A stretch of DNA of 62,349 nt, the filler included, from Basidiobolus ranarum (taxonomy: Eukaryota): the NCBI GenBank assembly GCA_040143965.1. It is 12 parts of 12 records of this genome, joined end to end, with 100 filler letters (N's around TTAATTAATTAA, not from the genome) between each part and the next. Parts side by side here need not be neighbours in the genome. Positions count along the whole stretch, not along the records: positions 26,063 to 31,170 come from JASJQH010001713.1; positions 31,271 to 36,375 come from JASJQH010001714.1; positions 36,476 to 41,578 come from JASJQH010001715.1; 9 more parts are not named here. One strand, written 5' to 3'. This document shows, in pieces, positions 26,063 through 37,130 of the stretch. Each line of letters begins with the position of its first letter. The first letter of the stretch is position 1. Under the pieces are notes generated by a model that had not been told where the DNA came from, did no database searches, and saw nothing but the letters and a program-made list of their open reading frames with translations. Both the position numbers and the translations under genes were made by a program.

Positions 26063-29000
26063 CTAGCTTAAAACCAATCCACACAAAGAAAGTCTACTTA
26101 GGTGACAACTGTGCCCTAGATGCAGTTGCTAAGGGCACAGTTGTGCTCAATTTAGACCAAAATGTAGCTACACCATCTGCAAACTTGAATGGTTTACTCT
26201 ATGTACCAAAAATAGTCAAGAATCTGCTCTTGGTAAGCCAGGCAACAACTCAGGGACAAAACTTTGTGTTCAGAAAGGCTGGATGCACTATCACAGATCA
26301 GAATTATACTAAATTACCTACTGGGCTCAAAACCAAACTTATACAAGCTGGAAATCTACGAATTGCATTCTGAGCATGCAAACTTGGCCAAAGCTGGTGA
26401 AATAAGCTATCAAACATGGCATAGAAGATCAGGCCACATTGGGGAACAAAAACTGACTAAAATGATCCAAAATCAGCTTGTTTCAGGCTTAGAAATCAAA
26501 TATATCACTAAATTGAATCTGTGTGAGGGTTGCGTATATGGAAAACAATATAGAGAGTCATTTTTAAGCTCTGGAGGGATCAAATCTACTCAGAATCTTG
26601 CCCTCATTCAACCTGATATATTTGGGCCAATGAAAACATCTCAATAGGTGGGACAAGGGCCTTTATGACCATTAGTAATGACAAAATAAGATATACTTGG
26701 GTATTCTTTGTCAAATCAAAATCTGAAGCCTGAGATAAGTTCAAGCATCACAAAGCAAGGGTAGGGAAATAATCAGCACAGAAAAATAAGGGTACTCAGT
26801 AGTGATAATGGTTAAAATATTGCTGCAAAGACTTTGTTGGTTTTTGCTCAAAATATGGTAAGCAACAAACTACTGTACCTTACACTCCACAGCAAAATGG
26901 AGTTGCAGAACATGCTAATAAGACCATGGTGGAGCCGGCAAGATCAATGTTACATGATTAAAAGTAAGTTTACCAATATTAGGTTGAATCTGTCTCCAAT
27001 GAAATCTATATAGAAAACAGATGCCCAACAGAATTGCTACCAAATTCTACTCCATTTGAAGTCCTATATGGATCCAAGCCAGGTGTGAATCATCTCAGGA
27101 TCTTTGGTTCCACAGCATATTGCCTAAATCAAGCTCAAAAAAACTCTAAATTGGAAACCAAAAGCAGAAAATGCTTATTTCTTGGTTACTATGATGGATC
27201 CTAGGCCTACAGACTGTGAGATACCAAAAATCAGAAGTCAATTAAGTGCAGAGATGTGAATTTTGATGAAAAAGCTTTTTTTTCACTCCAAATAACAGTT
27301 CTGGATCCAGAAAACAATATTAGCACTATTTAGCAAATGTTGGACAAAATACCAGCTATGTCTGAGCTCTCTTTAATCTATATTCTAGTCCTAATTAAAT
27401 CAGAGTATGATTCATGACCCTGAAGATCATCCAGAAGGATAAATCAGCTAGGAAACTGGTGGAACACTTCCAATGATCATGCATATGCATATGCAGCTTC
27501 CAATGGCAAACCATAGACTCTAAATCCAGCTCTAGAGTGTCCAGAACAAAATTATGGGAAAAAGCATTGTTTGATGAGTTTTCTTCACTTCAGGACAATA
27601 AAACATGTGCTTTAAGTCCTCTACCATCAGGGAGAAAACCAATAGGTTGCAAATGGGCCTACCTAGTCAAAAACTAAACTGATGGAACCATAGAAAGGTA
27701 CAGAGCAAGAGCAGTTCCAAATGGTTATTTCCAGACTCTAGGAGTTGGTTTTAATGAAATGTTTGCATCAGTAGCAGAATTTAGCTCCATTATATCAATC
27801 CTGGCCCTCTCAGCCATCCGTACCTTTGATTTACATCAAATGGATGTAAAAACAGCATTTTGGAATGAAATTCTACAAGAAGAGATCTATATGGAGCAAC
27901 CAGATGGCTTTGTGGACTCAAAGCCCCCTGATATGGTCTGTAAGCTGCAAAATCTGCTATATTGACTCAAGCAAGCACCCAGATCATGGTACAACAAGTT
28001 AGATACCTAACTGGGATCACTAGAATTCCACAAATGCCTAGCAGATCACAGTACTTACACCAAAACAACTGGAAATAGGATCCATATCTTGGTACTTAAT
28101 CAGATTAAAAGCAGCTTATCAAATCAATCTTGAAAAACTGATATTGGTTATTCAAGTTATTTTCTTGGAATTCAAATCAAGATAGACAAAGCCTATCAAA
28201 ATCATGCCAAATTGGTCTAGATATCCCAAAATGTTTCAACATGGAGAATAGCAAGCCTGTATCAACACCAATGGATTCTAAGGTGAAATTAATCAAAACC
28301 TAATCCAATTTGGCCCAAAATAACTCAAATCCAAGCCAGAAGTTCCCTTATCAATACATGGTGGTAGCTTAGTGTATACAATGATTGCAACACATCCAGA
28401 CATTACTGTGGCAGTGGGAACTGTCAGCCAATATCTCAAAAATCCAGTATGTGATAAAATGTTTAGGGGACTTGGAAGTGTTTTGGACAAGATTTGGATT
28501 TAGGAATTAGACACTTAAGTTTTGTTGAATTGAATATGTCCTTTATTTAGTTTACTATGAAATAGGACTTTTGGACATGCTTAGAACATAACAAACATGC
28601 TGGTTAAGCATGGGGAAAATTTGAGGTGATTTGCAGAAGATTTGAGAAAATAGTGAAAGTTGGTAAAAGAGATCTAATTGATATGTCCATCAATTAGACC
28701 AATAAACACATGTTTTTGAATGACAGAATTAAGTACTAAATAGTCAGAATATAAATAAACTAACTACTAAATAATGAGTTGCTAATTATCTAATTCCAAC
28801 ATTCCCACTCAACTAATTATTTTGTATTTTTCTTAAACCTAACTTATATCTTAATAATTCAAATTGTGTACACTTTTTTCTATGATAATGGAGCCATAAC
28901 TTGGAGTTGTAAGAAGCAACAAACCATAGCACTTTCCACTACATAAGCAGAGTATATGGCTGTCTTTGCCACTACACAACAAGCTATGTGGTTAAGGAAG

Positions 29001-29644
29001 TTATATACAGACTTAGGATACACACAAAAACATGCTATTACTGTATTTGCAGAAATCAAAGTTGTATTTCATTTACTAAAAACCCTACATTTTATGCTAG
29101 AACAAAACATATGGATATCAGGCATTATTTTGTTAGAAAAGCAACAAAGAATGAAATAATTGTACTAATGTATTGCCTTACTGAAGAAATGCTTGCTGAC
29201 TTCTTAATCACATCTTTAGCAAAAGCACCATTTGAATTTTCAAGATATAAGTTAGGTTTAAGAGAAATACACAATAATCAGTTGAGTGGGAATGTTGAAA
29301 TTAGATAATGAGCAACTCATAATTTAATAGTTAGTTTATTCATATTCTGATTATCTAACACTCAATTCTGTCATTGAAAAATGCTTGTTTATTGCTCCAA
29401 TTGATAGAAATATCAATTAGATCACTTTTACCAATTTTCACTATTTTCTCAAAACTTCTCCAAATCACCTCTGATTTTCACCCATTCTTAACAGGCATGT
29501 TTTTTATGATCTAAGCATATCCAATAGTCCAATTTGTTAGTGAACTATAAATAGGACATATTCAATTCAATAAAACTTAAGTATCTAATTCACAATTCCA
29601 AATCTTGGCCAAAACACTTCCAGATCCTCTGAACACTTTTATCA
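26063..29644 (+). mobile_element. Degenerate Ty1/Copia element (family A) with polypurine tract and 3' LTR (29293-29644)
   Basis: WHRRSGH, LCEGCVYGKQ, PYTPQQNGVAE, QMDVKTAF, RTKHMDIRHYFVR, MLADFL; GTTGAGTGGGAA tract followed by TGTTG...TATCA LTR. Confidence 0.95.
28452..28868 (-). mobile_element. Inverted family A LTR (28452-28801) plus PPT and RNase H tail embedded inside the same-family element
   Basis: Reverse-complement similarity to 29228-29644 over about 420 bp. Confidence 0.9.
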
Positions 29645-29899
29645 TATATATGATGGGGCAAGTTACAGTATAAACTGTTTATTGTTACACATTAAATAAT
29701 TGGTAAGTTACAAACTAGGGGATGAACTTGAATTGTCAGTTACCTGAATTCTTAATTCAGTAATACCAAATAGGGTAACTTGATATAAGCTGGCATAACA
29801 TATCCAAAATATTATTGTGTCCAATTGTGATGGGATGGTGCCATATCGTTCTTTATAGTGTCCAATTGAGTGTCAATAATTTCAATATTATTTGGAAAA

Positions 29900-30105
29900 A
29901 ACCAATTTACAAAAGACAAAATGAATTGGTTTACTGCTATAGTAATTCAAATTAAAATGTATGCTTTTATTAAGACATTTTAGGCTTTGTTTTCCAGCCA
30001 TAATGAGAATCATAAACACAAGAATCTTTTTATGTCTGATCTTTATATATACACATATTGGACTGATCAGACATGACTGAATAACATGAATATGCCTTAC
30101 CTATG
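29900..30105 (-). mobile_element. 3' end fragment of a CACTA-like transposon
   Basis: Alignable by eye to 44480-44665 (TTTTAGGC..TGTTTTCCAG, CACATA.TGGACT.ATCA.ACAT), the 3' end of the transposase relic. Confidence 0.6.
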
Positions 30106-30127
30106 GAAATTATTTAGGGAGAAGTAT

Positions 30128-30200
30128 TGGTCTGGCCTGGACTTGAACCTGGGACCTTCTTTACTCTAGCAAGGTGCTCTAGCCACTGAGCTACCAGTCC
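30128..30200 (-). pseudogene. tRNA pseudogene or tRNA-derived SINE head
   Basis: 73 nt with canonical cloverleaf spacing: GGACTGG-TA-GCTC-AGTGGCTA-GAGC...AGGTC-CCAGG-TTCAAGT-CCAGG-CCAGACC-A. A and B boxes are present, but the acceptor, T and anticodon stems are mismatched. Confidence 0.75.
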
Positions 30201-31745
30201 TTGTATGCTATGCCTGTGTTACTAGGGAACCTTAACCTAGTCTGTCAATGTATGATACTCTGGCATGTCAGCTATACAAGCAAATGATTGGCCTTAGACT
30301 TTGTGTTCAGATGCAGTCACCATACTCCATATTTTCCTCTTTTGGAATTACTGCTTGTACCACAAGTCACTAGACTTTCAACATTCCCAGCAATTTAATG
30401 GTAGGAAAAATTGCTAAACATTTGAAAATTTGAATTGCACTGACACTTGCAAATAGCTGACTCTTGCTACCATTCACTGTGAGAATTAGCTATTGCTTTT
30501 TGGCAAATTTCCATTTAGAAATCAGCCAAATTAACCCCAACTTACAGTCAACAAATATCCTTCCACATGCATTTATGTCACTGATTTAATTAAAACTAAC
30601 TGAACCATTTGGTTTAGTGTGGATCCCAACAAATATAGGATCTCAAAACTTAGCAATATGTCTCAACACATTCAATATTTTGCATTCCTTTGTATCAAAG
30701 CCTAGTATACACAAGAATATATGGAACACCAGGTCTAGCTGCCTAGCAAACCATTGACAATCAGAATAAGCTCCTTGTTTTTGGCATATTTTGGTAGAGA
30801 ATTCAGCAAAGATATACCTATCTGGAAGTCAATAAATGACCTGCCACAAGTAGATGTATCATTGCTTGAATAAAATACCCTATGGCTGAAATCATAATTC
30901 TGCTTATCTTGATCTATCTTACTAAGAAGTTTGTCTTGCAATTAATTAAGTCCTCTGTTCTGGCTTGTTTTTTTTTCTTTTTTGCCAGCAGGCTTTTACT
31001 TGGAAGCCAGTTTGGATATAGATTTTGAATGCTTTTCAATGGCATTGAAATATTCAGATGGTAAGCTTAGTACTTTGAGATTTTGTAGAAACCACTGATG
31101 ATAAGCTGCAATTGCCATTCATTACCAGAGATGTCTGGCAAATTTGTTGATGACTCATCTATGACAATGTNNNNNNNNNNNNNNNNNNNNNNNNNNNNNN
31201 NNNNNNNNNNNNNNTTAATTAATTAANNNNNNNNNNNNNNNNNNNNNNNNNNNNNNNNNNNNNNNNNNNNACATTGGCTGGACCGCCTTCTGGTAAATAC
31301 AATCCCAACCCCAACCCCTTCCCCTCCCCTCCTCTCCCATCTTTCTATATCCACAACATGCTACTCTCTAGATATCTTCACATTTATTTTTCTTACATCC
31401 CGTGGACCACTATTATTGATATTAAATGACCCATCACCCCGCTTTCTTTATGTTGCATCTCCGTTGATAATAATAACAACCGGAATAGACGGTTTATACA
31501 ATATAACTGATTCGCATTCATTTTCTCCAATACACTTTAATTACAAGAAAATCCTTTCAATCCATGTAAGAACGCAATAGGAGCACACAACTGAAGGGAA
31601 CAGGCAGTTAAGATGAAGAGTTATTTCAATGAGACACAATATGAAGGAATTATGAAGTAATATCTAAAATAAACCACTGAATAGAAATGGTGCAATGAGG
31701 CTGGGAGAGATACTGCAACTATAGGTCGCAGTCACTATTAATGGC

Positions 31746-32924
31746 TTACAATATTTGTGCACGGAAATGCTTTTGTAGACCATTGGCTTTCACACCAACT
31801 CTAGAGGCAAATTCATGTGGTCTGCGTTGATCCTGGTATGTGTTCATATCACGAGCAACACGGTGCTTATTAGTGGCAAGCATAAGAGCTTGAGCTTGAG
31901 AACCACGATAACCCATGTTCTGTTGATAGTGAGTAAGAAGACGGTTGATAATAACAGAATCTCTTTCTTCCTCTGGTTTGATGTTTTGTTGGTAGTATCT
32001 CTTGAGAGAACGATGTCCTACTCTAGCACCAGATGGTAAGACTAATTCAGTCTCCTCTTCACCATAAGCAATTGGATTAACAACGTCCGCAATGTCCATC
32101 TCCTCATCGTCATCACCGACTTGCATCTCCTCGGGATAACTGGAGGTGAAGTCGTAGTAGTCAGAGATTTCTAGTAAATCATCTTCTTTCTCGGAGGCAA
32201 TCTTGCAATGACCTTTATCAACCATATGGCCACGGACAGCTTCTAAAGTTCTATAAGTGCGACCCTTTCCATTACAATATAAGCAAATGTTGGCCACAGA
32301 AATCTTCTCACCAAGGTATTTAATAAGTCCTTGGAGATCATTAAGGTATTCAACATCAGGAATGAAGAAACTGTGGGCCTTGGTCATATGCTCAATATTA
32401 TCCTCAAAGGTGGCACTCTTTTGAGTACAGAACAGACATTCCTCAGCCTCCAAACGGACAGCTTGCTCTTTCTTTTGGTCGAGGAGTTTAAGAAGCTCAG
32501 TTTCGTCTGTAACTTGATCAAGTTGTTGCTCAATTGTGAGTTCCTTTTGAACAGGAGTTTCTGATTCCTCTTTCTTTGGTTTCACGGGATTCTTGCCTAC
32601 CTTAGCCTCAATCTCCTTATGCTTTTTAGATTGAAGGTGATTGGTGTAAGCATTTTCGGAAGAATAAGTTTTCTTACAAGCGATACATTCTCCTTTGAAA
32701 GGAACGGCGTCTTGAGCGGTTTGGGCTTGTTGGGCCAAAACTTTCTCAGCAAAAACTTCGGCAGTAATTGGAGGAAGCTCAGCCACTTTTCTCTTCAAGT
32801 TATAACGATGCCAATCAGTACGATAATGGTTACGTTGGTGCTCCAACGTACGAAAAGCTACGTGACAAGCTAAACAAGTGAACAAAGCGGTTTGTGGATT
32901 TTCAGAAGCGGTATTGTCAGACAT
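31746..32924 (-). CDS. REI1: Rei1/ZNF622 pre-60S maturation factor (C2H2 zinc fingers), intronless
   Basis: FTCLAC...HYRTDWHRYNLKRKVAELPP, HSFFIPD.EYL, CLYCN, HMVDKGHCK, LPSGARVGHRSL.RYY, C-terminal QKHFRAQIL. Confidence 0.96.
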   Translation of the reverse strand: MSDNTASENPQTALFTCLACHVAFRTLEHQRNHYRTDWHRYNLKRKVAELPPITAEVFAEKVLAQQAQTAQDAVPFKGECIACKKTYSSENAYTNHLQSKKHKEIEAKVGKNPVKPKKEESETPVQKELTIEQQLDQVTDETELLKLLDQKKEQAVRLEAEECLFCTQKSATFEDNIEHMTKAHSFFIPDVEYLNDLQGLIKYLGEKISVANICLYCNGKGRTYRTLEAVRGHMVDKGHCKIASEKEDDLLEISDYYDFTSSYPEEMQVGDDDEEMDIADVVNPIAYGEEETELVLPSGARVGHRSLKRYYQQNIKPEEERDSVIINRLLTHYQQNMGYRGSQAQALMLATNKHRVARDMNTYQDQRRPHEFASRVGVKANGLQKHFRAQIL

Positions 32925-33317
32925 GTTTACAAAACGTTAGAAGATTTAGTATACAAAAAATATAGTAATAATTGCTTGTAGCTATTAATACAAGACTATT
33001 TTACAAAAATAAGATACACCTTTTTTTTCAACTCATTAATCAAGAACTTAAATCTTTTTTTTTCTTTTAGTGAGCTGACAAATCTTTTTTTTTTCTATTA
33101 ATTTCACTGTCCAGGTAGAGAGCTGCGGTTTTACTCTAGAACTGTCAAGAATGATGAGTAATTTGATAGATGAACTGCGATGACAAATACTTACACAAAT
33201 GTGAAGTGTCTGCGCTAAATAAACATCGAATTTTAATCACGCAACCCGGCCTTTTATATTGTTTAGTGTGGTGTTAATGCTGTGGTAAACAAATCAACAT
33301 TTAACCCTAAATGCTAG

Positions 33318-33330
33318 GTGCCACGTGGAT
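33318..33330 (+). promoter_or_regulatory. Candidate UPR/bZIP element (GCCACGTGG) upstream of BiP
   Basis: Palindromic CCACGTGG about 480 nt before the KAR2 ATG, resembling Hac1/XBP1 ACGT-core sites; motif match only. Confidence 0.35.
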
Positions 33331-33804
33331 GTATAAATCAGGAATCCCACCATTGATTCAATCGACGTGTTGCTTGTATGCTGATATATGCTAGTGTATG
33401 CTGGGTGTGTCGGATTGGTACATAATTGATTGTAAGCCTTCCCCTTTCCCCTGATATGAACATCAATGTCACAAAGGCCATTAAGATCCACACACGTCGA
33501 TTACGAATATCAAGTCTGTTCACATGAGACGAGATCAAGAGTCTATTCACAACTAAATATCACAGTCCTTGTTCAATCCAATCAGAGCTCGACAACACCT
33601 GATGGCCAGGTGCAAACGAATCAACAATTGGGACAAGTGATGGTTTGACAACCTACTCATAATCTACTATATATACTTCTGGTAAGAGGGCTAGTTCGAT
33701 ACCTCTCTACTGTCTATTCGTACTTTAGGTCTCATAACAAGGAGTTGTTGACCAACTATTAATTACAAGCTCATTCCTGTACTAACAAATCCTTGACTTT
33801 CACT

Positions 33805-35775
33805 ATGTTGAGGCGTTTTACTGTAGCATTGTTCGCTACCTTAGCTATACTAGCGCTTACTAATCCCACCGTGGCTGTGAAAGATGAGAAAAAAGCCGCC
33901 TACGGAACCGTTATCGGTATTGATTTAGGAACCACTTACTCTTGTGTTGGTGTCTTCAAGAATGGTCAAGTTGAAATCATTGCCAACGACCAAGGACATC
34001 GTATCACTCCTTCCTATGTTGCCTTTACTGACGAGGAACGTCTTATTGGTGATGCCGCCAAAAATCAAGCTCCCATTAATCCTACCAACACTATCTTCGA
34101 TGCCAAACGTCTTATTGGTCGTAGATATAATGACAAAGATGTCCAAACTGACATGAAACATTTCCCATTCAAAGTCATCGATAAAGATGGTCAACCTGTT
34201 ATCAAGGTTGAAGTTAAAGGTGAAGATAAGGTCTTCACTCCTGAAGAGATTTCCGGTATGGTTCTCACCAAGATGAAGGATATTGCTGAGACCTATCTTG
34301 GTCACAAGGTTACCCACGCTGTTATTACTGTCCCTGCCTACTTCTACGATGCCCAACGTCAAGCTACCATGGATGCCGGTGCTATTTCTGGATTGAACGT
34401 TCTTCGTATCATCTCTGAGCCTACTGCTGCTGCCATTGCCTACGGTCTTGACAAATCCGATGAGGAACGTCATATTTTGGTCTTCGATCTCGGTGGTGGT
34501 ACTTTTGATGTATCCCTTTTATCTATTGAAGATGGTGTATTCGAAGTTCTTGCTACCTCCGGTGATACCCATCTTGGTGGTGAAGATTTTGATAACCGTA
34601 TTATTGACTACTTTGTCAAGTTGTGGCGCAAGAAGACCAAACAAGATGTCACCAAGGATCTTAAAGCTATGGGTAAATTGAAGCGCGAAGCTGAGAAAGC
34701 CAAGCGTACCTTATCCTCTCAAATGTCCGCCCGTGTTGAAATCGAATCATTCTTTGATGGTGAGGATTTCTCCGAGACCTTGACCAGAGCTAAATTCGAG
34801 GAATTGAACAATGACTTGTTCAAAAAGACCATCAAGCCCGTTGAACAAGTTCTCAAGGATGCTGGCCTCACTAAAGCTGATATTCATGATGTTGTTTTGG
34901 TCGGTGGTTCCACTCGTATCCCCAAGGTTGTCACTCTCTTGGAAGAACATTTCGATGGTAAGAAGGCCTCCAAAGGTATCAACCCTGATGAAGCTGTTGC
35001 CTATGGTGCTGCCGTTCAAGGTGGTGTCCTATCCGGAGAAGAGGTTTTCGATAAACTTGCCATTCTTGATGTCAATCCTTTGACATTGGGTATTGAGACC
35101 ACTGGCGGAGTTATGGCTAAATTGATTTCTCGTAATACTCCAATTCCTACCAAGAAGTCCCAAATTTTCTCCACTGCCGTTGATAACCAACCCGTCGTCT
35201 TGATCCAAGTATTCGAGGGTGAACGTTCTCTTACCAAGGACAACAACCATTTGGGTAAATTCGAACTCACTGCCATCCCTCCTGCTCCTCGTGGTGTCCC
35301 CCAAATTGAGGTCACCTTCGAGATCGATGTCAATGGTATCTTAAAGGTCTCCGCTTCCGACAAGGGCACTGGCAAATCTGAATCCATTACCATCAACAAA
35401 GATAAGAGCCGTCTCAGCCAAGAGGAGATTGATCGCATGGTGGAAGAGGCTGAACAGTATGCTGATGAAGATAAGCAAGTTCGTGAGCGCATTGAGTCCC
35501 GCAACTCCTTTGAAAACTTCTTGCATCAACTCAAGACTCAAGTTACCGACAACTCTCAGTTGGGTAACAAGATCAACAGCAATGACAAACAGGCCATCTT
35601 GGATGCTATCAAAGCCAAATCTCAATGGTTGAATGACCACACCGCCTCTGCCACCAAGGAGGATATTGATGAACAAAAGGCAGAAATTGAAGCCATTGTT
35701 AATCCTATCACTAGCAAGCTCTACGCCGGCTCATCCAACGATGATTCTGCTCAGCCGGAACATGATGAATTATAA
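33805..35775 (+). CDS. KAR2: ER Hsp70 chaperone BiP/Kar2, intronless
   Basis: Signal peptide from ATG 33805, [34 protein letters not shown]-terminal HDEL. Confidence 0.97.
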   Translation: MLRRFTVALFATLAILALTNPTVAVKDEKKAAYGTVIGIDLGTTYSCVGVFKNGQVEIIANDQGHRITPSYVAFTDEERLIGDAAKNQAPINPTNTIFDAKRLIGRRYNDKDVQTDMKHFPFKVIDKDGQPVIKVEVKGEDKVFTPEEISGMVLTKMKDIAETYLGHKVTHAVITVPAYFYDAQRQATMDAGAISGLNVLRIISEPTAAAIAYGLDKSDEERHILVFDLGGGTFDVSLLSIEDGVFEVLATSGDTHLGGEDFDNRIIDYFVKLWRKKTKQDVTKDLKAMGKLKREAEKAKRTLSSQMSARVEIESFFDGEDFSETLTRAKFEELNNDLFKKTIKPVEQVLKDAGLTKADIHDVVLVGGSTRIPKVVTLLEEHFDGKKASKGINPDEAVAYGAAVQGGVLSGEEVFDKLAILDVNPLTLGIETTGGVMAKLISRNTPIPTKKSQIFSTAVDNQPVVLIQVFEGERSLTKDNNHLGKFELTAIPPAPRGVPQIEVTFEIDVNGILKVSASDKGTGKSESITINKDKSRLSQEEIDRMVEEAEQYADEDKQVRERIESRNSFENFLHQLKTQVTDNSQLGNKINSNDKQAILDAIKAKSQWLNDHTASATKEDIDEQKAEIEAIVNPITSKLYAGSSNDDSAQPEHDEL

Positions 35776-37130
35776 GTCTCTGCATGTTTGTGATCTGTAG
35801 GCGCTTATTTTTTATTCTTTGTAAATTATGTCCCCTATAGTTTTTCATTTCCCACTTTAGTATTTCTAACTGCGTTATTTGGCAGTAATAAATAAACTCA
35901 TTTAAATATCAGACAAGAAAATAGCGCGGTTTATCTCGCCAGCATCTTATGGTGATACGTTATAGATCCCCATGGGAACGCCATACTTGGGTCCATAATT
36001 TCTCAGGGTTTCATTCGATGGAACCTCATCTTTTGTCTAACCGACCGTGTTACAATTTAATTTTTGAAAGTTACACTAAAAGTTAATATCAAGCTTAAGT
36101 GCCCCTGCAAAATATACGCTATTCAATTATTGTGGATACGAGACAAAGATAGGTGCAATTTTATGTATTGCGATGGTTCAAGTTTGAAGCAAGTAGTTAA
36201 CTGATGATATTTGTTTTTTATTTAAGGATGAATGTTTAAGTGATTGAGTGATAGTTGACTGATATATTGGGAAAATATGGGCTGTTTGGAGGAACTTTAG
36301 AAAAGTGGAGTTGTGAATAGCTTTGTGAGATAATTATTTATTGACCAGAAATTAAGCATTTATACATTTTGGTGGNNNNNNNNNNNNNNNNNNNNNNNNN
36401 NNNNNNNNNNNNNNNNNNNTTAATTAATTAANNNNNNNNNNNNNNNNNNNNNNNNNNNNNNNNNNNNNNNNNNNNATTTTACCAAAATGAAGGATTTAGT
36501 GTGGGTTGGAAGAGAGCTGCAAACGAGACAAAATCAATCGTATTGGAAACGTTTGGCGTAAGTGGAGTCTATAAAATTTGATCAAGATAGTGGAGTCTAT
36601 AAAAGGCTTACTTGCATTTATAGAATGGAAGTATATTCAAGTTCTCACAACAAAATACAGACCTTACTTATATCTACATCCACATCCCCTTAAACCTACG
36701 ACTATATTAAGCAATATAGAGAAAGCAACAGAATAGTATCAGGCTCTGTATGACCTAGCTATCAGAACTACTTGAATACTTACTAGTTATCGATATATGC
36801 AGTCAGTATATTTTCTTTTCATTTTCCTTGTTACTGAGAGTCAAATATTAGTAGTCGGAGAGTGTCTGTCAGATACCAGTAGCCAGATACTTTCTGAAAC
36901 ATATCTAAGATGACGATATGTGGTTTGTGGCTTGTGACATGATTATCAAACAGATTCATTGATCAAAATTTCCAAATAGTGAACCAACAATGAATCAAGC
37001 ATTTATTGTATGAGCTGGTTAAAGTTAACAAGCATTTATTGTATGAATTGGATATATAATAATACTATAAACTGAATAAATACCAAATGAGATGAAATAT
37101 ATTTCTAAAATATCTTATGATTCTTCATTA

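Noticed and set aside
30128-30200. Amber-suppressor tRNA (CTA in the loop) explaining the in-frame TAGs
   Set aside because: CTA falls at positions 32-34, not 34-36; the stems are broken and the element lies in decayed repeat DNA on another contig.
33060-33165. PAC/RRPE ribosome-biogenesis motifs upstream of REI1
   Set aside because: Only partial matches (GATGAG, AATTTCA) in AT-rich DNA; not distinguishable from chance.
33925-35676. Long antisense and alternate-frame ORFs over BiP, and similar ones over REI1, DLD2 and the NRPS
   Set aside because: Expected shadows of biased codon usage, well known for Hsp70 genes; no independent motifs.
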